A stretch of 64,000 nucleotides of DNA from an uncultured Solirubrobacteraceae bacterium (lineage in GTDB: Bacteria; Actinomycetota; Thermoleophilia; Solirubrobacterales; Solirubrobacteraceae). A program made the translations under genes and the position numbers. The notes below the pieces were generated by a model that did no database searches, had not been told where the DNA came from, and saw only the letters and a list, made by a program, of their open reading frames with translations. The stretch is taken from positions 121,393-185,392 of the forward strand of contig CAZPQW010000003.1 of the NCBI GenBank assembly GCA_964588985.1. The letters are read 5' to 3'. This document shows, in pieces, positions 57,564 through 64,000 of this stretch; position 1 is the stretch's first letter; every line of letters starts with the position of its first letter.

Positions 57564-57932
57564 TCAGGCCCGTTCGGCGTCGCGGCGGGCGCGATCGCGG
57601 TAGAGGCGGTAATCGGCCCGCTCGGGTCGCAGCGAGCACGCGAGCGCCAGCGGCTTGCACGCCTCGCGGTGGCGGCCGAGCATCTGCATCGAGCGGCCCA
57701 GGCAGAACAGCGCGTAGTCGTTGGTGGGCGTCCTGGCGGCGATCTCGCCGAACTCCTCTGCCGCGCGTTCGTAGCGCTGGGAGTGGAACAGCGCCCGCCC
57801 GAGCGCCTCGCGGATCGAGGCCTTGTCGGGCTCGAGCTCGCGTGCTTTGCTCAGCGGGACGATCGCCGCCTGGTGGTCGCCGTGATCGAGCAGATCGCAA
57901 CCGCGCTGGTAGAGGTCATAGACACTCTCCAT
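57564..57932 (-). CDS. tetratricopeptide repeat protein
   Basis: Three TPRs (SIREALGRALF, YALFCLGRS). Confidence 0.88.
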   Translation of the reverse strand: MESVYDLYQRGCDLLDHGDHQAAIVPLSKARELEPDKASIREALGRALFHSQRYERAAEEFGEIAARTPTNDYALFCLGRSMQMLGRHREACKPLALACSLRPERADYRLYRDRARRDAERA

Positions 57933-57941
57933 GCACGCATT

Positions 57942-59189
57942 TTAACCGCTCGTGCGCAGTCGCACTACGGAGTCGAGGATCTGCTCGGCGACCTGCGCCT
58001 TGCCCGCGCGCGGCACGTGCTGCTCAGCAGTCTCCCCGCCTCGCGAGGTGACGATCGTGACCTCGTTGGCGTCGACGTCGAAGCCGATGTCCGTACGGGA
58101 GATGTCGTTGACGACGACCGCGTCGAGGCCCTTGCGGGCGAGCTTCCCGCGCGCGTGCTCGAGCGCCTCCGGGCCGTGCTCGGCGGCGAACCCGACGAGC
58201 GTCTGCCCCGCGCGGCGCTGTGCCGCGAGGCCGGCGAGCACGTCGGCGGTCGGCTCGAGCAGGATCTCCAGGCTCGAGCGGTCGGCCTTCTTGATCTTTC
58301 CGTTCGCGGGATCGGCGGGCGTGAAGTCGGCCACCGCGGCGCTCATCAGCAGCACGTCGCATTCCGGAAACCGCTCCTCGCAGGCCTGCTCGAGCTCGGC
58401 CGCGGTGCGCACGTCGTGGCGTTCGACTCCGGCGGGCGTGGACAGCGCGACGTTCGCCGCCACGAGGATCACGTGCGCGCCGCGTCGCTGCGCGGCGGCG
58501 GCGAGCGCGAAGCCCATCCTCCCCGAGGAGCTGTTGCCGATGAACCTCACGCTGTCGATCGGCTCGCGTGTGCCGCCGGCGGTGACGAGCACGCGAACGC
58601 CGTCGAGATCGCGCCCCCCTGCCAGCGCGGCCTCGCATTCGGCGAGCAGCCGTGCCGGCTCCGCCAGGCGTCCGACGCCCTCCTCGCCTTTGGACGCCAG
58701 TCGCCCCACCCCCGGCTCCACGATGCGCGCGCCTCGCTCGCGGAGCGTCCGCAGGTTGGCCTGCGTGGCGGGATGCTCGTACATGCGGTTGTTCATCGCG
58801 GGCGCGATCACGAGCGGAGCCTCGACGGCGAGCGCGCAGCTCGTCAGCAGGTTGTCCGCGATACCGGCCGCGAGCTTCGCGATCGTGTTCGCCGAGGCCG
58901 GCGCGATCAGGTACACGTCCGCGTTGGCGACCAGCTCGAGGTGGCTGAGCGGCTCGTGCTTCGGCGTCGGCTGGTCGGGGAAGGCCCCGCGCGCGGCGTC
59001 GCGCTCGAACTCGCTCACCAGCACCGGCGCGCCCGTGAGCGCGGCGAACGACGCCTCCCCGACGAATCGCCGGCTCGCGGGCGTCTGCACCACCCGCACC
59101 GAATGACCGGCCGCGGTGGCGAGCCGCACGAGCTCGAGCGCCTTGTACGCGGCGATCCCGCCGCTGACGCCGAGCAAGATTCGGGACAT
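57942..59189 (-). CDS. coaBC: bifunctional phosphopantothenoylcysteine decarboxylase/ligase
   Basis: GVSGGIAAYK, APASAN, APAMN, TAGGTREPID.VRFI.N.SSG.MG, AAVADF, VGFAAE. Confidence 0.97.
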   Translation of the reverse strand: MSRILLGVSGGIAAYKALELVRLATAAGHSVRVVQTPASRRFVGEASFAALTGAPVLVSEFERDAARGAFPDQPTPKHEPLSHLELVANADVYLIAPASANTIAKLAAGIADNLLTSCALAVEAPLVIAPAMNNRMYEHPATQANLRTLRERGARIVEPGVGRLASKGEEGVGRLAEPARLLAECEAALAGGRDLDGVRVLVTAGGTREPIDSVRFIGNSSSGRMGFALAAAAQRRGAHVILVAANVALSTPAGVERHDVRTAAELEQACEERFPECDVLLMSAAVADFTPADPANGKIKKADRSSLEILLEPTADVLAGLAAQRRAGQTLVGFAAEHGPEALEHARGKLARKGLDAVVVNDISRTDIGFDVDANEVTIVTSRGGETAEQHVPRAGKAQVAEQILDSVVRLRTSG

Positions 59190-59250
59190 ATTGCCTTAGG
59201 TTCTAGAGGGACCGTAAGAACTCCGCAACCCCCGGCCGAAGCCTTGCGCG

Positions 59251-59356
59251 GCTAAGACGGCCGAGGGGCAAGCGAGGCAACGACGCAGGAAGGTGGCGTA
59301 CTGCGTACGCGAGCGACCGAGGACGCAGCCTCGCGCCGCTCATCGGTCGTCTTAGC
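59251..59356. repeat. nested palindromic element (MITE/REP-like) between rpoZ and coaBC
   Basis: Terminal IRs GCTAAGACGGCCGA / TCGGTCGTCTTAGC (13 of 14), inner GCGAGGC/GCCTCGC, central GCGTAC-TGC-GTACGC. Confidence 0.55.
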
Positions 59357-59579
59357 GGTAGTGGTACTTCATCTTTCCCGCTGCTACCTCCTCGAGGGCG
59401 ATCGTGAGGTAGTTTTTGGAGGCGGTTTCGATCATCGGGGGCGGGAACTCGTCGAACGTGCCCTCGCCGAGGTTGTGGTAGTAGCTGTTGATCTGACGGG
59501 CGCGCTTGGCGGCCACGATCACGCCGGCGTAGTTGGAGTCGACCTGCTCCAGCAGGCGGTCGATGCGGGGGGAGATCAC
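59352..59579 (-). CDS. rpoZ: RNA polymerase omega subunit
   Basis: PRIDRLL...AAKRARQINSYY, TIALEE; follows gmk. Confidence 0.95.
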   Translation of the reverse strand: MISPRIDRLLEQVDSNYAGVIVAAKRARQINSYYHNLGEGTFDEFPPPMIETASKNYLTIALEEVAAGKMKYHYR

Positions 59580-59661
59580 AGTGGTGTTGCCCTTTCCTCG
59601 TTGAAGTCAGCAGTGTAGTGGGCTGCGGCTAGCGGCCCGGAGCCACGGAGCGGCGATTGGG

Positions 59662-60216
59662 TCAGTCGAGGCTGTCGGCGACGATGCTCGTGAGGCGATC
59701 GAGCGCCTCGTCGAGGCGGTCGTTGACGACCACGTGCGCGAACTCGGGTTGCGCGGTCAGCTCCTCCTCGGCGACTTTCAGGCGGCGCTCGACCTCGACC
59801 TGGTCATCGGTGCCGCGGCCCACGAGCCGCGTGCGCAGCGCGAACAGCGACGGCGGCGCGATGAACACCTGCAGCGCCTCGGGCATCGCCTCGCGCACCT
59901 GGCGCGCGCCCTGGACCTCGATCTCGAGCACCACCGGCACGCCCGCCTTCACGCGCGCCTCCAGCTCGGAGCGCAGGGTGCCGTAGCTGCGTCCGGCGTA
60001 GTCGGCGTGCTCGACGAACTCGCCCTTTTTGACCCGGCCGTTGAACTCCTCGCGGGTGAGGAAGTGGTAGTCGACCCCGTCGTGCTCGCCAGGTCGCGGC
60101 GCGCGGGTGGTGGCGGACACGGACAGCTCGAGCTTCGGAACGCGCTCCATCAGCCCGCGGATGAGCGTCCCCTTGCCGACCCCCGAGGGGCCTGTGATGA
60201 CGAACACGCGTGCCAC
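59662..60216 (-). CDS. gmk: guanylate kinase
   Basis: GPSGVGKGT, SATTRAPRPGE.DG.DYHF, YGT, LEIEVQGA. Confidence 0.97.
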   Translation of the reverse strand: MARVFVITGPSGVGKGTLIRGLMERVPKLELSVSATTRAPRPGEHDGVDYHFLTREEFNGRVKKGEFVEHADYAGRSYGTLRSELEARVKAGVPVVLEIEVQGARQVREAMPEALQVFIAPPSLFALRTRLVGRGTDDQVEVERRLKVAEEELTAQPEFAHVVVNDRLDEALDRLTSIVADSLD

Positions 60217-60267
60217 GGCGGAGACCCTAGTCACGGGTGCGGCGGGAATCGCTGATCCGCTCGAGGG

Positions 60268-60612
60268 CTAGTGATGCAGCAGCGAGATGAGCTCGGAGCG
60301 CTGACGCTCCGACAGCCCGCCGATGGTCTTGCTCGGCGCGATCCTGCAGTGGGCGAGGATCTTGTTGACCTTCACGCGCCCATACTTCGGAACAGCGAGC
60401 AGCATGTCGAATACCTTGGCGGTCTCGACGTACTCGGGCGGTTCGAGCAGGAGCGAGTGGATCGAGCGGCGGCCGGACTTCAGGTCGCGCTTCAGCTGTG
60501 CCCGCTGGATGCGGATCTGGTTGGCCCGCGCGAGCGCATCCATCCTCTGATTCAAGGACCGCTCAGGGGCAGTTGCGGAGTTCGAGGACGTCGTACTGGT
60601 CGCCGTCGCCAT
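60268..60612 (-). CDS. mihF: actinobacterial integration host factor (mIHF)
   Basis: RMDALARA..IR..RAQLKRDLK, KV.DML.AVPKYGRVK, KTIGGLSERQR; upstream of gmk. Confidence 0.9.
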   Translation of the reverse strand: MATATSTTSSNSATAPERSLNQRMDALARANQIRIQRAQLKRDLKSGRRSIHSLLLEPPEYVETAKVFDMLLAVPKYGRVKVNKILAHCRIAPSKTIGGLSERQRSELISLLHH

Positions 60613-60763
60613 GGGCGGCGAGTCTACACACCTGCGGGGGTCGAGCAAAGAAAAGTTCGACAATTCATCTCGACCTCACGTTGAGGTTTAGATTCATCGA
60701 GGCTTCTGGACGGTATCGCGGCGGGTTTGCAGGGGTTTTTAGGCCGCTTTAGATGTTCCTTTA

Positions 60764-61663
60764 TCACAGTTCTCGTGCGATTGTCGCCCCGATGGAGGGG
60801 TCGCGGAAGCTCTCCGTGCCGACCGCGACGAGGCGTGCTCCAACTGCCATCAGCTCGCGTGCGTGGGTCGCGTTCTGGACCCCTCCCATGCCGATCACGG
60901 GGATGCTCACGCGGGCCGCGACGGCCGCCACCTGGGCGAGCGCGACGGGGCGGATCGCGGGGCCCGAGAGCCCGCCCGTGCCGCCTCCGAGCCATCGCCT
61001 GGGAGGCTCTGAGTTGACAGTAGGCGCGAGCGCCATCGCGCGCAGCGTGTTTATCAGCGAGACCGCGTCGGCGCCGCCTTCCTGTGCGCCGAGCGCGCAC
61101 AGCGCGACGTCGGCCGTGTTGGGCGTGAGCTTCACGATCAGCGGCTTGGCAGTAGCGCCCCGTACCGCTCGCACGACCGCTTCCAGCTGTACGGGGTCGG
61201 CACCGATGTCAAGCCCCGTCTTGACGTTCGGGCACGACACGTTCAGCTCGATCGCCGCGATCTCCTCATGCGCCTCGCAGGCCTCCACGAGCGCGTGCAG
61301 CTCCTCCGCGGTCGAGCCCATCACGTTCGTGATCACCGGCACCGGCCACGTCTTCGCGTCGGGCCCCTCGCCGACGGTCGTGGTCAGGCCGACGAGCTGC
61401 GGCAGGTCCTCGGCGATGTAGCCGTGCAGGCCCCTGTTGGGCAGGCCGATCGAGTTGATCAGGCCCGCGGGCGCCTCCCACAGCCTCGACGGCGGGTTGC
61501 CGGCGCGCGGCTCGAGCGTGATCGTCTTGGACACGTACGCGGCGAACGGGAACCTGCTGCGCAGCCCGTCGCCGAAGGCTCGCGTCGCGGCGATCGCGTC
61601 GAACGTGCCCGAGCCGTTGACGATCGGGTGCGCGAGCTGCAGGCCGCAGAGCTCGACGCTCAC
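60764..61663 (-). CDS. pyrD: dihydroorotate dehydrogenase (family 1B), catalytic subunit
   Basis: GSGTF, NSIGLPN, ELNVSCPNV, KLTPN, SLINT, GGLSGPAI.P, GMGG. Confidence 0.95.
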   Translation of the reverse strand: MSVELCGLQLAHPIVNGSGTFDAIAATRAFGDGLRSRFPFAAYVSKTITLEPRAGNPPSRLWEAPAGLINSIGLPNRGLHGYIAEDLPQLVGLTTTVGEGPDAKTWPVPVITNVMGSTAEELHALVEACEAHEEIAAIELNVSCPNVKTGLDIGADPVQLEAVVRAVRGATAKPLIVKLTPNTADVALCALGAQEGGADAVSLINTLRAMALAPTVNSEPPRRWLGGGTGGLSGPAIRPVALAQVAAVAARVSIPVIGMGGVQNATHARELMAVGARLVAVGTESFRDPSIGATIAREL

Positions 61664-62487
61664 GCCGGCCCGCCGAACTCGGCGCCACCCACGGGCTCGC
61701 TCACACGCTCCAGCTCGCCCGCGTCCACGACCGGCCCGTCGACGCAAACCCTCAGGTAGCCCCCGCCGCGCTTCTCCACCACACATCCGAAGCACGCGCC
61801 GAACCCGCACGCCATCCCCGCCTCGAGCGCGAGCTGGGCGGGCACGTCGCGCTCGGCGCACAGCGCCCGCACGCCCTCGAGCATCCCGGAAGGGCCGCAC
61901 GCGTAGACGACCGCTTCGGGGTCGCGTTCGAGGTCCGCCGCGAGCAGCTCGGTCACCAGGCCGTGGTGTCCGGTGGAGCCGTCGTCGGTCGCGACGCGCG
62001 CGCCGTCGAGCAGCGCGGCCCCCTGCGCGTGGGCGCGATCGCGGAAGCCCAGCAGCACGGTCACCGATCCCGCGAGCTCGTCCTGGAGGATCGCGAGCGG
62101 CGCGATGCCGACGCCGCCGCCGACAAGGACCGCGCGCCGGCCCTCGCTCGGGGGCGTGAACCCGCGTCCGAGCGGACCGAGCGCCCAAACCCCGTCCCCC
62201 GCCCGCAGCTCGCACAGGCGCTTGGTGCCCGGCCCGACGTCCTCGAGCAGGAAGTGCGATTCCCCTTCGCTGTGGCGGGCGATCGAGAGAGCGCGCGCGA
62301 GGAAAGGGCGCTGCCCCTCCTCCGCGCCCCAGTGCTCGGCGGCGCTCAGCATCGCGAACTGGCCCGGCTTTGGAATGGATCCCCGCCCGCCCTCGTCGGG
62401 GTCGGCGACTCGCAGGACGCGGTAGGCGCCGAGCTCCTCCACCGCGGTGACGCTCAGCAGCCGCCGGGCGAACGGCGCCTCGCTCAC
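61660..62487 (-). CDS. pyrK: dihydroorotate dehydrogenase electron transfer subunit
   Basis: PGQF, GPLGRGF, GGGVGIAP, YACGP, MACGFGACFGC...VCVDGPV. Confidence 0.95.
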   Translation of the reverse strand: MSEAPFARRLLSVTAVEELGAYRVLRVADPDEGGRGSIPKPGQFAMLSAAEHWGAEEGQRPFLARALSIARHSEGESHFLLEDVGPGTKRLCELRAGDGVWALGPLGRGFTPPSEGRRAVLVGGGVGIAPLAILQDELAGSVTVLLGFRDRAHAQGAALLDGARVATDDGSTGHHGLVTELLAADLERDPEAVVYACGPSGMLEGVRALCAERDVPAQLALEAGMACGFGACFGCVVEKRGGGYLRVCVDGPVVDAGELERVSEPVGGAEFGGPA

Positions 62488-64000
62488 GCCACCCCCGCCC
62501 CGTCGCGTTTGCGTACGGGACGCGCGGTCTCGTGAAGCTCCTGCAGACACAGCACCTCCGGCTCGCCGTGTCTGGACGCGGTCGCGATCGCGCGTGCAGC
62601 GGAGACGCCGGCGGCGAGCGTCGTCAGGCAGGGGATGCCGTGGGCGACCGCCGCGCGGCGGATCTCGAAGCCGTCAGTGCGCGCACCCACCCCGGTTGGC
62701 GTGTTGACGACGAGGTGCACGTCGCCGCGCTCGATCCAGTCGAGCACGTGCGGGGAGCCTTCCGCGATCTTGTTGAGGCCCTGCACGGGAATCCCGCTGC
62801 GGGTGATCGCGGCGGCGGTGCCGTGCGTGGCGACGATCCGAAAGCCGCTGTCGTGGAGCAGCTGCGCGACGTGGCACGCCTCGGTCTTGTCGGAGTCGGT
62901 GACGGTGATGAACGCCGTGCCCTCGCTGGGCAGCGGCACACCGGCGGCGGCCTGCGCCTTGGCGAACGCGGTCGGGAAGTCGCGGGCGATGCCCATCACC
63001 TCGCCGGTGGAGCGCATCTCGGGCCCGAGCACCGCGTCGGAGCCCTCGAAGCGGTCGAACGGCAGCACGGCCTCCTTGACGGACACGTGCTCGCCGAAGC
63101 CCATCCCCTGGCGCTCCCGCGGCAGGTCCATGTCGGCGATCCGCTCGCCGAGCATGATCCGGCACGCGAGCTTCGCGAGCGGCATGCCGATCGCCTTCGA
63201 CACGAACGGCACCGTGCGCGACGCGCGCGGGTTGGCCTCGATCACGTACAGCTCGCCCGCGTGGACCGCGTACTGCACGTTCAGCAGCCCGACCACGCCG
63301 AGCGCGAGCGCCATCTCGCGCGTGGCGGTGCGCACCTGATCGAGCAGCTCCTCCGAGAGCGAGTGCGGCGGCAGCACGCACGCGCTGTCGCCGGAGTGCA
63401 CGCCCGCCTCCTCGACGTGCTGCATGATCCCGCCGATCCACACGTCCGTGCCGTCGCACAGCGCGTCGACGTCGAGCTCGATCGCGTCCTCCAGGAACCG
63501 ATCGAGGAAGATCGAGGGAGAGCCCTCCGGGCTCTGGGCTCGGGTTGCGTCGTCCGGGTCGACGCGCAGCTCGCGGCGGAGGTAGTCGGCGAGGCCGTCG
63601 CGGGAGTAGACGATCTCCATCGCGCGACCGCCGAGGACGTAGGAGGGGCGCACGAGCAGCGGGTAGCCGACCTGCTCGCCGCAGTCGAGAGCCTCGCTCA
63701 CCGAGCGCGCGGTGGCGTACGGCGGCGCCTTGTAGCCGAGGCGCTCCAGGAGCGCGCCGAAGCGCCCGCGGTCCTCCGCCATGTCGATCGCGTCGACGCT
63801 CGTGCCGAGCAGCGGCACACCCGCCTGCACGAGGCCCGCGGCGAGCTTCAGCGGCGTCTGCCCGCCGAACTGCACGATCACGCCATGCGGTTTCTCGACA
63901 TCCACGACCGCGAGGACGTCCTTGAGCGTGAGCGGCTCGAAGTACAGGCGGTCGGAGGTGTCGTAGTCGGTGGAGACGGTCTCGGGGTTGCAGTTGACCA
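62484..64000 (-). CDS. carB: carbamoyl-phosphate synthase large subunit (3' part; 5' end outside the window)
   Basis: NCNPETVSTDYD, QFGGQTPL, RPSYVLGGRAM, HSGDS, EANPRASRT, EMRSTGEVM, MGS domain. Confidence 0.98.
   Translation of the reverse strand, partial: VNCNPETVSTDYDTSDRLYFEPLTLKDVLAVVDVEKPHGVIVQFGGQTPLKLAAGLVQAGVPLLGTSVDAIDMAEDRGRFGALLERLGYKAPPYATARSVSEALDCGEQVGYPLLVRPSYVLGGRAMEIVYSRDGLADYLRRELRVDPDDATRAQSPEGSPSIFLDRFLEDAIELDVDALCDGTDVWIGGIMQHVEEAGVHSGDSACVLPPHSLSEELLDQVRTATREMALALGVVGLLNVQYAVHAGELYVIEANPRASRTVPFVSKAIGMPLAKLACRIMLGERIADMDLPRERQGMGFGEHVSVKEAVLPFDRFEGSDAVLGPEMRSTGEVMGIARDFPTAFAKAQAAAGVPLPSEGTAFITVTDSDKTEACHVAQLLHDSGFRIVATHGTAAAITRSGIPVQGLNKIAEGSPHVLDWIERGDVHLVVNTPTGVGARTDGFEIRRAAVAHGIPCLTTLAAGVSAARAIATASRHGEPEVLCLQELHETARPVRKRDGAGVA

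Overview
High-GC actinobacterial chromosome segment; the gene content and protein style suggest Thermoleophilia/Solirubrobacterales (inference). Most of the window is minus-strand housekeeping backbone: carB(partial)-pyrK-pyrD-mihF-gmk-rpoZ-coaBC, rimP-nusA-ylxR-infB-rbfA-nrnA-truB-ribF-rpsO-pnp-M16 peptidase-dapB-dapA-rnj, ftsK-rodZ-cinA-thpR, recA, miaB, miaA-dapF-dapL-hflX. On the plus strand are a lipid kinase-murT-methyltransferase-gatD operon and an OmpR-type two-component system. Three stretches with visibly lower GC interrupt the backbone, and none has an integrase or transposase. (i) 5.4-6.9 kb holds two tandem paralogous secreted proteins. (ii) 14.4-22.8 kb holds a Cys-rich lipoprotein operon, a multidomain EVE-like/winged-helix/PD-(D/E)XK nuclease, a ~136-nt pseudoknotted RNA-like leader in front of a small uncharacterised protein, and a TPR protein. 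(iii) 25.4-32.8 kb, between miaB and recA, holds a truncated mazF module, a stand-alone HARE-HTH gene, a Type III-like mod-res pair, a DUF5996 gene, an orphan HicB-like gene, a 58-aa membrane protein missing from the ORF track, and fitAB/vapBC. The mod-res pair has atypical catalytic motifs and a perfect LexA box upstream. The best candidates for new biology are the pseudoknotted leader with its gene (20442-21039), the apparently SOS-regulated atypical mod-res operon (26126-30398) and the multidomain nuclease (18998-20386). No rRNA, tRNA or CRISPR array was recognised. All calls were made by eye from motifs; no searches were run.
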